Assembly: GCA_964421595.1 (NCBI GenBank)
Contig: CAYQXY010000008.1
Span: forward strand, 2,774-66,773
Source of the DNA: an uncultured Bacteroidales bacterium
Lineage (GTDB): Bacteria; Bacteroidota; Bacteroidia; Bacteroidales; PUMT01
Length of the DNA: 64,000 nucleotides
Reading direction: 5' to 3'
Below the pieces are notes generated by a model. That model had not been told where the DNA came from. It ran no database searches and saw only the letters and a program-made list of their open reading frames with translations. Below, in pieces: positions 1 to 9,059 of the stretch; the stretch's first letter is position 1; each line of letters begins with the position of its first letter. Made by a program: the position numbers and the translations under genes.

Positions 1-2
1 CC

Positions 3-725
3 CATAATCCGACGGTTCATTTCTTCAACGGTAAATATTACCTCTACTACACCGGCAATTTTGGCGATGGTGAAATCACCAGTCCGCAGTTAAACTGGAC
101 ACACCGAAACAATCAGCGTATCGGGGTTGCCATTGCCGAAGACCCCAACGGACCCTGGAAACGGTTCGATAAACCAATCATTGATATTTCTCCGGATACA
201 ACCGCCCACGATGCACTGATGGTGGCCAATCCATCGGTAACTCAAATGCCTGATGGCCGTTTCCTGATGGTTTACAAAGCAGTTGCCCGTGAAAGACCTC
301 AGCCTTTTGGTGGTCCGGTTGTACATCTCACTGCCATCGCCAGGAATCCCGAAGGGCCATTCGTGAAACAAAACAAACCCATTTTTCTTGCTGAAGATGT
401 TGATTTTCCTGCAGAAGATCCATTTGTGTGGAATCATGACAATTGTTACTATGCGATTGTCAAGGATATGAATGGGGCTTTTACTGATGCCGGTCGCAGC
501 ATGGTGCTTTTTTATTCGCTTGATGGACTGGATTGGAATCTGGCTAAAAATCCGTTGGTTTCTGATCTGAATATCAAATGGCAGAATGGGGTTACTCAAA
601 AACTTCATGCGCTCGAACGCCCCCAGCTATTCTTCGAAAATGGCAAACTGGCGGCCTTGCTATGTGCCGTAAACGAAACACTTGAGCATTCGTACAATGT
701 GCAGATACCGTTAAATCAAAAATAA
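3..725 (+). CDS. C-terminal part of a five-bladed beta-propeller glycoside hydrolase (GH43/GH117-like); the 5' end lies outside the window
   Basis: Frame 3 is open from nt 3 (HNPTVHFFNGKYYLYYTGN...IGVAIAEDPNGPW...ERPQLFF) and is continuous with listed ORF 219..725. The motif pattern resembles GH43-clan propellers. Family assigned by eye only. Confidence 0.55.
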   Translation, partial: HNPTVHFFNGKYYLYYTGNFGDGEITSPQLNWTHRNNQRIGVAIAEDPNGPWKRFDKPIIDISPDTTAHDALMVANPSVTQMPDGRFLMVYKAVARERPQPFGGPVVHLTAIARNPEGPFVKQNKPIFLAEDVDFPAEDPFVWNHDNCYYAIVKDMNGAFTDAGRSMVLFYSLDGLDWNLAKNPLVSDLNIKWQNGVTQKLHALERPQLFFENGKLAALLCAVNETLEHSYNVQIPLNQK

Positions 726-732
726 ATGTTTA

Positions 733-937
733 TAAAAAACACTGCACTGCAAGAGCTTTTATTGATTTCTGGATTAATTATACTTGCCATTCCTTAAGGG
801 CACAAGTAGTCACTGAAAGTAACGGTTTTATTACCGTGAACACTGAGAACTATACTATGGCTATTGAAAAGGATGAATTTAGGCATGAATGTCATCTTCC
901 CCGACAGGGGATTTGCCAATATTCAGAGTATTTCGTT
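733..937 (+). pseudogene. Dead 5' stub of a GH31-like gene, a partial duplicate of the 17269..19533 gene
   Basis: nt 733-897 align at high nucleotide identity to 17254-17413, and nt 893-931 to 17797-17830. The ATG is mutated (caATGcaa becomes caCTGcaa). About 385 bp are deleted relative to the intact copy. Confidence 0.8.
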
Positions 938-996
938 TGAGTTGGGATATAATAATGGTTAATATTTGCTAGTTGCATGATTTGCACCAATAGCCG

Positions 997-1101
997 TTAA
1001 ATCCCCTGTCTGATATCATATTTATCATTAAAGGCCCCTGATATTGTAGAGATTGCCAGGTTTAACCCTTTCGCAATAGCCTTTGTAGTTATATGTTTCA
1101 T
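997..1101 (-). pseudogene. Truncated LacI-family regulator; only the N-terminal helix-turn-helix remains (34 codons then a stop)
   Basis: The minus strand reads MKHITTKAIAKGLNLAISTISGAFNDKYDIRQGI*. This matches the typical LacI/GalR HTH start (MK.iTikdIAk.l.lS.sTVSraln). The whole ligand-binding domain is missing. Confidence 0.6.
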
Positions 1102-1179
1102 TTATTAGGCTTTATTTCTCGTAAATCAGGTTTGAATAATTGCATTCATTCATGGTGGTTAAAAGTAATTATTTATTTT

Positions 1180-1193
1180 CGGAAACGTTTCCG
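1180..1193. promoter_or_regulatory. Perfect 14-bp palindrome CGGAAACGTTTCCG, a candidate LacI-family operator (copy 1)
   Basis: The sequence is self-complementary with a central CG, as in LacI/CcpA-type operators (TGnAAnCGnTTnCA). It lies inside a 20-bp direct repeat. Confidence 0.5.
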
Positions 1194-1210
1194 GAATAAA
1201 ACAACGTTTT

Positions 1211-1224
1211 CGGAAACGTTTCCG
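1211..1224. promoter_or_regulatory. Perfect 14-bp palindrome CGGAAACGTTTCCG, a candidate LacI-family operator (copy 2)
   Basis: Identical to copy 1 and 31 bp downstream. It sits between the LacI stub and the symporter relic. Confidence 0.5.
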
Positions 1225-1304
1225 GAGCAAATCTACTGTTATTAGTTGTATAAAATAGTATGCCATTGTATTATTGCTACATGATCTAAAAATTGAAATA
1301 GAAA

Positions 1305-1865
1305 ATGGGGCATATTGATATTTGGGTGATTATTGTTTTTTCTACTCCAGTTTTTATCTGTAGTATGTCCTTTGCCATTGCCGGTTTAATTATAGGTTTT
1401 CATATAGCGCCCCGCTGGCGCAAAACAGGTGCATTAACAGCAGCGCAATTCATTACAGAAAGATTGGGCTATAAAACCCAAAAAGTTGATACGTATCTAT
1501 TCCTTTTTATATCCATTTTTACGACCGTATTTTTTCTTTACCCCGTTGCGAAAATTGTTGCGGTCCTTGGCCTGTTGATTTTGGTCTATACGGCTGTAGG
1601 GGGGCTATGGGCTGTTATTGTTAAAGATGTGTTGCAATTTGTGGTTTTAACTGCTGCAGTGTTTATTCTGGTTCCTCTTTCTTTCAACGCTATTGGTGGG
1701 ATAGATGAGTTTGTAACCGGGGCCCCTGAAGGTTTTTCCTCTTTGGTTTCTGGTGAGTACTCCTGGGAATTTGTAATTGCCTTCGGGTTTTACAATTTTC
1801 CTTTCCTATGTGTAAGTCCCATTTTTAATCCTAAAATCTCTAAAAATTATGAAAAAAAAACCTAA
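1305..1865 (+). pseudogene. Relic of a sodium:solute symporter (SSS family), internally deleted and truncated
   Basis: Only 186 aa. It contains SSS-like segments (APRWRKTGALTAAQFITERLGYK; LILVYTAVGGLWAVIVKDVLQFVVL). It lacks most of the roughly 500-aa, 13-14 TM architecture and runs into the susC start. Confidence 0.6.
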
Positions 1866-4800
1866 CCCTGAAATCTTTTTCTTTAAATGGAAAAGGAGAA
1901 AAATTCCACTAACTATGAAATTGCTGTTATGTTTTATTCTGTTTTCTGTGCTGAATGTTTCGGGCAGCACCGATGAAGTATTAAATAAATTTATTCAGGA
2001 AAACACCGTTACCGGGAGGGTGACTGAATCCGGCACAGGGCTTCCACTACCTGGAGTAACAATTATGATTAGAGGTACTTCAACAGGAACCGTTACTGAT
2101 ATTGAAGGACTTTATAAACTTTCTAATGTTACACCTGAAAACGTCTTGGTATTTTCTTATGTAGGTATGAGAACCCAGGAAGTTAATATTGGTTCACTGA
2201 CTGAAATAAATATTGAACTTGAAAATGAAGCACTATTACTTGATGAAATTGTTGCTATTGGCTATGGTACTGCCAGAAAGAGCGATATAACAGGTTCTGT
2301 TACATCCGTTTCAGGAAATCAAGTAACAGAAAGGAGAACAAATCAATTGTCTCAAGCTTTGCAAGGATCGATGGCGGGAGTTACTGTAACAAGAAATAAT
2401 AATGCTCCGGGTGCATCCTCAACTATTAGAATTCGTGGTATTACCACTATCGGTGATAGCAGCCCTTTAATTATTGTAGATGGTGTGCCGGTAGATAATA
2501 TCAATTGGGTAAACCCTTCTGATGTGGAAAGTATTTCGGTCTTAAAAGATGCAGCTTCAGCTTCCATATATGGGTCAAGAGCAGCTGCAGGCGTTATTCT
2601 TATTACTACCAAAAGGGCTAGAACAGGTCAGTTGAGTTTGGAGTTTACAACGGAATACGGGTTTGAAACACCGACTGCGATGCCTGAATATGTCGATGTC
2701 ACCAGATATATGCAAATGAAGAATGAATTGAGATGGAATGATAATGGAAATGATGCAAATGAGTTTCCCCGTTTTCCAAGTGACCTTGTGAATAACTATA
2801 TGTCACTCAATGCTGAAAATCCTGACAGATATCCCAACACTGATTGGGTTGACCTGGTCTTGAATGATAATGCGCCAAGACAGTCTCATAACCTTAGAGT
2901 ATCGGCCGGGACTGAAGCAATTCGTTCGACATTCTCACTTGCATATGATAAGACTGATGGTTTATATATGGACAGAACATATGAACGACTCTCTACCAGG
3001 TTTAATAATAATGTCGTAATTAATAATTTTATATCAGCTAACCTGGACTTACATTACAGGAGGTCAATTAGTCAGCAGCCAAGTGTAAATCCGATTTATA
3101 GTATGCTTGTAGCTGCCCCGATATATGCTGCAGAATGGTCTGATGGCCGCGTTGCCGGAGGGAAAGATGGTAACAATATCTATGGACAAATAAAATATGG
3201 TGGTTCACAAAGTAATTGGTGGAATCAGGTTGGGGGTAAACTTTCGATAGATTTGACTCCTATGGAGGGATTGCAATTTTCGGCTGTTGTTGCTCCTAAT
3301 ATTAATTTCGACAAGGCAAAGAATCACCAGTTGAAGGTCCCCTATACTCCATGGGATGATCCAACAAGAGTTCAGGGCACATTGCAGTGGGCAAATTCAA
3401 CTGACCTTTATGAAAACAGGAATGATAATCATCAGATTACTACCCAGTTTTTGGCAAATTATTCAAAAGACATCCAAGGACACACTATAAATCTACTGGG
3501 AGGGTATGAGAATTATTATGCTTTTTATGAAAGCCTTGGTGCTTCCAGGCAGCAATATGAACTAACTTCATTTCCTTATTTGAATCTGGGACCTCTGACC
3601 TATCGTGGGAACAGTGGAAGTGCTTATGAGAATGCCTACCGGTCATGGTTTGGCCGGGCAATGTACAATTATATGAACAGGTATTTCCTTCAGGCTAATC
3701 TGCGTTATGATGCATCTTCCCGGTTTCATGAGGATTACCGATGGGGAGCCTTCCCATCCTTGTCAGCTGGCTGGGTCTTGACAGAAGAGACTTTTATGCA
3801 GAATATTCCTGTCTTATCATATCTTAAAATGCGAGCTTCATGGGGCACTTTGGGAAATGAGAGAATTGGCAATTACCCCTATCAGGCCACTATCGGGTTT
3901 AGTAATGCATTGTTTCATCAGGGTTCAAATGTTGTTGCCGCACAATCAGCAGCTCAGTGGCAATACGCAATTCATAATATAACCTGGGAAACTACCGAGA
4001 CAATTGGGTTTGGACTGGATCTTGCTTTTTTTGAAAACAAATTGAGTTTAATTGCTGATTATTATCAGAAAACTACCAGCGACATGTTATTGGCTTTGGA
4101 GATTCCCAATTATATTGGTTATGATAACCCGGATCAGAATACTGGTAATATGTACACTAAAGGATGGGAATTAGAAGCTATTTATAACAATCGCGTTGGT
4201 GAATTCAATTATTCTGTTGGTTTTAATATTTCTGATTATAAAACCAGAATGGGAGATCTTGGAGGTACCGAATTTATCGGTGCTCAGATAGTCCGTGAAG
4301 GTAGTGAATTTCAGGAATGGTATGGATACCGCTCCGACGGATTGTTTCAATCTCAGGAGGATGTTTTGAATTCACCGGTGACAAGTGGTTCTGTCAAACC
4401 TGGTGATATAAAATACAGAGATATTAGTGGCCCTGATGAAAGCGCGGATGGTATTATATCAGGTGCTTATGACCGTGTCCTGCTCGGCGGTTCTCTGCCC
4501 CGCTACCTTTATGGTGCAAATCTCCGCCTTGGATACAAAGGATTTGATTTCGGATTAGTTATTCAGGGAGTAGGAAAACAAAATAACCGCCTCAGTGGAT
4601 TAATGGTTGAGCCTATTCCTGAAAACTGGGGGCATATTCCCAAGATACTTGATGGAACTTATTGGAGTGTTTACAATACAGATCAACAAAATCTTGCAGC
4701 CCAATATCCCAGACTTTCACGCGTAAGCATGGGTAACAATTATGCAATGTCTGATTTCTGGTTAATTAATGGCGCCTATTTAAGGTTAAAAAATATCTCT

Positions 4801-4983
4801 GTTGGGTATACTCTTCCGAGAAGCTGGGCCCAGAGAGTGTCAATGCAGAACTTGAGACTTTATGCCACAGCAACAGATGTATATACATTTAACCATTATC
4901 CCGATGGATGGGATCCGGAAGTATCTGCCACCGGTTATCCAATTACTACATCTATAATTTTCGGAGTATCTGTGAATTTCTAA
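1849..4983 (+). CDS. susC: SusC/RagA-family TonB-dependent outer-membrane transporter
   Basis: 1044-aa ORF. It has a CarboxypepD_reg-like segment (VTGRVTE..GLPLPGVTIMIRGTSTGTVTDIEGLYKL), a plug (DEIVAIGYGTARKSDITGSV; IRIRGITTIGDSSPLIIVDGVP) and a terminal aromatic residue (..SVNF). It is followed directly by susD. The signal-peptide-like start MKLLLCF at 1915 is a likely alternative start. Confidence 0.93.
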   Translation: MKKKPNPEIFFFKWKRRKIPLTMKLLLCFILFSVLNVSGSTDEVLNKFIQENTVTGRVTESGTGLPLPGVTIMIRGTSTGTVTDIEGLYKLSNVTPENVLVFSYVGMRTQEVNIGSLTEINIELENEALLLDEIVAIGYGTARKSDITGSVTSVSGNQVTERRTNQLSQALQGSMAGVTVTRNNNAPGASSTIRIRGITTIGDSSPLIIVDGVPVDNINWVNPSDVESISVLKDAASASIYGSRAAAGVILITTKRARTGQLSLEFTTEYGFETPTAMPEYVDVTRYMQMKNELRWNDNGNDANEFPRFPSDLVNNYMSLNAENPDRYPNTDWVDLVLNDNAPRQSHNLRVSAGTEAIRSTFSLAYDKTDGLYMDRTYERLSTRFNNNVVINNFISANLDLHYRRSISQQPSVNPIYSMLVAAPIYAAEWSDGRVAGGKDGNNIYGQIKYGGSQSNWWNQVGGKLSIDLTPMEGLQFSAVVAPNINFDKAKNHQLKVPYTPWDDPTRVQGTLQWANSTDLYENRNDNHQITTQFLANYSKDIQGHTINLLGGYENYYAFYESLGASRQQYELTSFPYLNLGPLTYRGNSGSAYENAYRSWFGRAMYNYMNRYFLQANLRYDASSRFHEDYRWGAFPSLSAGWVLTEETFMQNIPVLSYLKMRASWGTLGNERIGNYPYQATIGFSNALFHQGSNVVAAQSAAQWQYAIHNITWETTETIGFGLDLAFFENKLSLIADYYQKTTSDMLLALEIPNYIGYDNPDQNTGNMYTKGWELEAIYNNRVGEFNYSVGFNISDYKTRMGDLGGTEFIGAQIVREGSEFQEWYGYRSDGLFQSQEDVLNSPVTSGSVKPGDIKYRDISGPDESADGIISGAYDRVLLGGSLPRYLYGANLRLGYKGFDFGLVIQGVGKQNNRLSGLMVEPIPENWGHIPKILDGTYWSVYNTDQQNLAAQYPRLSRVSMGNNYAMSDFWLINGAYLRLKNISVGYTLPRSWAQRVSMQNLRLYATATDVYTFNHYPDGWDPEVSATGYPITTSIIFGVSVNF

Positions 4984-4994
4984 AATATTATATT

Positions 4995-6686
4995 ATGAAA
5001 AAGAAATCATTATTAATAACCTTTATAACTGTTATTTTTATTACAGCTTGTACAGATCTTGATCTTAATCCGCTCTCTGAAGGATCCAGTCAAAATTGGT
5101 ACTCGAATCAGACTGAAGTTGAAATGGCAGTAAACGACCTGTTCAGGTCAGTTTTCTGGAATGAGGTAAGTGATGAACATACAGATAACTACACCCGACG
5201 TGAGTCATTAACTCCTATTACCGCAGGAACCATAACATCCGATTGGGGGGCGGTAAATTCTTATTGGTCAAATACATATAAAGCAGTTGTCAGATCAAAT
5301 CTGGTCATAAACAACTTGTCGAGAGTAGAAAATGACCTGCCGCAATTAATAGTTGACAAATATGCGGGAAATGCCTATTTTTCAAGAGCATCTCAATATT
5401 CTACCCTTATCTCGCTATTTGGTGATGCAATATTTTTTACAGAAGATCTTGATCTGGATGAGGCCTTTACAATGTCAAGGACAGACAAGAATATTATTTT
5501 GCAAAATATTTATGATGATTATGATACAGCCATTGAAAAGCTACCCTTATCTTATGGCAGTTCAGAGAATAATTATGCTACAAAAGGGGCAGCGATGGCT
5601 ATGAAGGCTCGCATTGCATTGTATATGAGTGACTGGCAAGTTGCAAGAGATGCTTCCAAAGCATGTATTGACCTTGGAGAATACGAATTGTATCCCGACT
5701 TTGAGACATTGTTTTTATCAAGTACAAGAAACCCAAACGAAGTCTTGTTTTCTATACCCCGCTCACGAGAGCTTGGTACTGTGAGAGGTGTAAGAGACTT
5801 TACTTCAAGACTGCCAGGTGGGTGGGGTGGAGCGCAAGCTCCTTCCTGGGATTTGATGAGTGCATTTCTTTGTTCTGATGGACTTCCAATCGATGAGTCA
5901 CCTCTGTATAATCCACGCGAACCTTTTGAAAATCGTGATCCTCGCCTTACTGCTACGATTGTAGAGTTTGGTACAGAACATCTTGGTTATGTTTATCAGC
6001 CACATCCTGATTCTCTGCAAGTATTGAATGTTAGTACAGGAAATCTTGTTACTAATAACGATACCCGTTCAAACGCTGCTTTTGCCTCATTTAACGGACT
6101 CTTATGGAATAAGGGTGTAGATGAAGAATGGTTAGTTAATCATCAGGTGGATGATGATATAATTATTATGAGGTATGCTGATGTTTTGTTGATGTATGCA
6201 GAAGCCAAAATTGAGTTAGATGAAATAGATCAATCTGTGCTGGATGCAATTAACCAGGTTCGTGCACGTGCCTATGGTGTTGACTACATAAATACAGGAG
6301 TATATCCTGCAGTTACTACAACAAACCAGGCAGACCTCAGAAAGATTATCCGCATGGAGCGCCGTATGGAACTTGCTTTTGAGAATCGGCGTTATATGGA
6401 TATAATTCGCTGGAGGATTGCTGAACAGGTTTTAAATACTGATATTTATGGTATGTTAGATGTGTCTGATCTTCGGGAAAGGGTTATAGAACCTGGCCTG
6501 TGGTTCTTCCCTGATATTCCCACTATTGATGAAAACGGGATTCCGGATTTGTCACCAATGTACGAAACCGGACTTGTAAGAAGGCTTGCCCAAAGAAGAT
6601 TTGATGCCACAAGGCAGTATTTGTGGCCTCTGCCGACTTCGGATATTATGATAAACGAGAATCTGATTCAGAATCCTGGTTATTAA
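4995..6686 (+). CDS. susD: SusD/RagB-family glycan-binding lipoprotein
   Basis: Start is placed at MKKKSLLITFITVIFITAC (lipobox Cys), 12 nt after the susC stop. The C-terminal region carries the SusD hallmark (IRMERRMELAFENRRYMDIIRW). Confidence 0.9.
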   Translation: MKKKSLLITFITVIFITACTDLDLNPLSEGSSQNWYSNQTEVEMAVNDLFRSVFWNEVSDEHTDNYTRRESLTPITAGTITSDWGAVNSYWSNTYKAVVRSNLVINNLSRVENDLPQLIVDKYAGNAYFSRASQYSTLISLFGDAIFFTEDLDLDEAFTMSRTDKNIILQNIYDDYDTAIEKLPLSYGSSENNYATKGAAMAMKARIALYMSDWQVARDASKACIDLGEYELYPDFETLFLSSTRNPNEVLFSIPRSRELGTVRGVRDFTSRLPGGWGGAQAPSWDLMSAFLCSDGLPIDESPLYNPREPFENRDPRLTATIVEFGTEHLGYVYQPHPDSLQVLNVSTGNLVTNNDTRSNAAFASFNGLLWNKGVDEEWLVNHQVDDDIIIMRYADVLLMYAEAKIELDEIDQSVLDAINQVRARAYGVDYINTGVYPAVTTTNQADLRKIIRMERRMELAFENRRYMDIIRWRIAEQVLNTDIYGMLDVSDLRERVIEPGLWFFPDIPTIDENGIPDLSPMYETGLVRRLAQRRFDATRQYLWPLPTSDIMINENLIQNPGY

Positions 6687-6697
6687 GTTTATGTGAT

Positions 6698-6734
6698 ATT
6701 AACAAAGCCCGTATGAAATGCGGGCTTTGTTAAT
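6698..6734 (+). terminator. Stem-loop after susD, a likely intrinsic terminator
   Basis: Perfect 14-bp stem, attaacaaagcccg (6698-6711) with cgggctttgttaat (6721-6734), and a 9-nt loop. An AT-rich tail follows. Further imperfect pairing extends the structure to 6692/6743. Confidence 0.6.
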
Positions 6735-6842
6735 ATTATCACAAATAATTATTATGAGAAGCTGATTTATATTATCCTTTTTTTGCATTTTCACCTATTT
6801 AATCTGCATTCTCAGGAGTCAGACAGTCCTTTTTCAGTCAGT

Positions 6843-6992
6843 GGTGTTTTTCCTTCCCTGACTATGACTGCAAACCATTTTCCGCGGACTGAAGCAGGAA
6901 TTGGTGCTTAATTGCCCTGGTCTGACCATCTTTGGGTGATAACCTGGTGGGGTGTACTTATGATGCACTGGAAGAACCGGGCAACAGGCTAA
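6843..6992 (+). pseudogene. Decayed fragment of a paralogue of the 855-aa protein encoded at 11915..14482
   Basis: Translation is SGVFPSLTMTANHFPRTEAGIGA*LPWSDHLWVITWWG. The intact gene reads SGRYPHLTMFNNGNECGIGAVVPWADRLWTITYSPH. There is an in-frame TAA at 6909-6911 and no start codon. Confidence 0.55.
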
Positions 6993-7087
6993 CGGCCGAT
7001 CCAACAGACGAGGAGATGCTTGATGTCTGGTAACACAAGCTTTTCGGAACGGGGTATAAACGTGTTTATTAATTAAATAGAATCAAT

Positions 7088-8962
7088 ATGAAAAAGCAAA
7101 TTTGTTATTTTTTACCTGTCTTCATTTTATTTTTTCTGCAGGTAAACCTTCAGTCACAGAACTCTGTTCTTGTTGAAACTGAGAGTTTTACCAATAAGGG
7201 AGGCTGGGTAGTGGATCAGCAGTTCATGGACTTGATGGGTTCGCCCTATCTTTTGGCACATGGAATGGGCATTCCTGTGGAAGATGCAACAACAGAGGTA
7301 AAATTTCCCTCTACAGGGGACTATAGGGTTTATGTCCGCACTTTCAACTGGACGGCACCATGGTATTCAGGTGAAGGTCCCGGACAATTCCATTTGCTTG
7401 TTAATGGTGAACCTGTTGGTGAAATACTAGGTAATAAAGGTGATGAATGGATGTGGCAGGAGGTTGGAATGGTTAATATTAAAAATAGATCTTCCAGTAT
7501 TTCTCTTAGAGATTTGACAGGTTTTAATGGACGATGCGATGCCATATTTTTTACAAAAGAGAATATGTTGCCTCCAAGCGATCCTGACGCCCTTGAAGCA
7601 TTTCGCAGAAAGCATTCTGCACTTCCCAAAAAGCCTGATGAAGCAGGCAGTTTTGATTTTGTAGTTGTAGGTGGCGGAGTTGCTGGTACTGCAGCTGCGA
7701 TATCTGCTGCCCGGTTAGGATTAAAAGTTGCACTAATTCAGGACCGTCCTGTTTTGGGAGGAAATAACAGTTCTGAGGTAAGGGTCCATCTGGGGGGGCA
7801 TATCAATGTTGAACCATACCCTGCACTTGGAGAGGTAGTAAAAGAAATAGGCCCATCCCGCGGAGGAAACGCCCGGCCAGCAGATTATTATGAAGATGAG
7901 AAAAAAACAGATATGGTTCTGGCAGAGGAAAATATTTCACTTTTCCTTAATTACAGGGCATTTGCTGTAGAAATGGATGGCAATGAAATAGATCAGGTGC
8001 TGGCAAGAAATATTGAGACAGGAGAAGAGCTTGCATTTAAAGCTCCCGTGTTTGCAGATTGTACAGGAGATGGCACAATAGGATACCTTGCCGGGGCAGA
8101 TTATCAAATGGGAAGAGAAGGAAGGGCTGAATTTGGAGAACCCACAGCACCTGAGATAGCCGACAAGATGACAATGGGCTCTTCAGTACAATGGTATTCC
8201 ATTGAAGAAAAGGAAGAGAGCACTTTTCCCTTGTTTGTTTACGGGGTTGAATTCAATGAAGATAGTAGCGAAAAGGTCACTATGGGGGAATGGACATGGG
8301 AGACCGGAATGAATTTTAATCAGATATATGATTTTGAACGAATCAGGGACTATGGACTGCTTGTTGTTTACTCAAACTGGTCTTATCTGAAAAATTTGAG
8401 TTCCGTCAGAAATGATTACAGTAACCGTCGTCTTGATTGGGTTGCCTACATTGCAGGGAAAAGAGAATCAAGGAGGTTGCTTGGTGATCATATATTGACA
8501 GAGCTTGATCTGACAAACTTTGTTATTTATCCTGATGCTTCCGCTCCTACTACATGGACAATTGATCTGCATTATCCTGATCCGAAGAATACCGTTCACT
8601 TCCCCGGTATCGAGTTCAAGTCGATAGCCGTACATCAGCCTATTCATCCTTATCCGATTCCTTACCGCTGTTTTTACTCAAGAAATGTTGATAATCTCTT
8701 TATGGCAGGCAGGAATATCAGCGTAACCCATGTAGCACTGGGAACTGTTCGCGTCATGCGCACAACCGGCATGATGGGTGAGGTAGTCGGAATGGCTGCT
8801 TCTGTTGCTGTCAATAATAAAACCAAACCCCGTGGGGTTTATCAGGATCATCTGGATGAATTAAAGTCTTTAATGGGTTTAGGTGTTGGGAAGTATGATG
8901 TGGAAGATGCACAGAATTATAATCGTGGAAGAACTTTAGAGCCCAGGGAGATAGATCTTTAA
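7088..8962 (+). CDS. Exported FAD-dependent oxidoreductase with an N-terminal beta-sandwich (CBM-like) domain
   Basis: It has a signal peptide (MKKQICYFLPVFILFFLQVNLQSQ) and a dinucleotide-binding motif (FDFVVVGGGVAGTAAAISAARLGLKVALIQDRPVLGGNNSSE). The length and layout match the FAD_oxidored-type proteins common in PULs. Confidence 0.8.
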   Translation: MKKQICYFLPVFILFFLQVNLQSQNSVLVETESFTNKGGWVVDQQFMDLMGSPYLLAHGMGIPVEDATTEVKFPSTGDYRVYVRTFNWTAPWYSGEGPGQFHLLVNGEPVGEILGNKGDEWMWQEVGMVNIKNRSSSISLRDLTGFNGRCDAIFFTKENMLPPSDPDALEAFRRKHSALPKKPDEAGSFDFVVVGGGVAGTAAAISAARLGLKVALIQDRPVLGGNNSSEVRVHLGGHINVEPYPALGEVVKEIGPSRGGNARPADYYEDEKKTDMVLAEENISLFLNYRAFAVEMDGNEIDQVLARNIETGEELAFKAPVFADCTGDGTIGYLAGADYQMGREGRAEFGEPTAPEIADKMTMGSSVQWYSIEEKEESTFPLFVYGVEFNEDSSEKVTMGEWTWETGMNFNQIYDFERIRDYGLLVVYSNWSYLKNLSSVRNDYSNRRLDWVAYIAGKRESRRLLGDHILTELDLTNFVIYPDASAPTTWTIDLHYPDPKNTVHFPGIEFKSIAVHQPIHPYPIPYRCFYSRNVDNLFMAGRNISVTHVALGTVRVMRTTGMMGEVVGMAASVAVNNKTKPRGVYQDHLDELKSLMGLGVGKYDVEDAQNYNRGRTLEPREIDL

Positions 8963-8968
8963 TAAAAG

Positions 8969-8997
8969 ACTTCCCCGGGGATCTGCCACGGGGAAGT
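8969..8997 (+). terminator. Intrinsic-terminator-like hairpin after the FAD oxidoreductase
   Basis: acttccccg (8969-8977) pairs with cggggaagt (8989-8997). The loop is 11 nt and is followed by ttatt. Confidence 0.6.
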
Positions 8998-9059
8998 TTA
9001 TTATATTTATTTGTACGTGTGATATTATATTAACAGGTAACCTGATCAAAAGCCGGTAT

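Noticed and set aside
90-608. 172-aa minus-strand ORF overlapping the GH43/117-like gene. Similar long antisense ORFs occur at 2352..2612, 10378..10872, 12945..13274, 16561..16941, 18658..19221, 26332..26901, 33913..34368, 47531..48070, 56748..57260 and 58541..59026.
   Set aside because: Each lies entirely inside a longer ORF on the other strand or frame that has clear family motifs. Their translations are low-complexity or Cys/Arg/His-rich with no recognisable domain. They are treated as shadow ORFs.
1849-1914. N-terminal extension of SusC (MKKKPNPEIFFFKWKRRKIPLT) overlapping the symporter relic.
   Set aside because: This cannot be resolved from sequence alone. The signal-peptide-like MKLLLCF start at 1915 is equally or more plausible. 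The ORF coordinates were kept and the alternative was noted.
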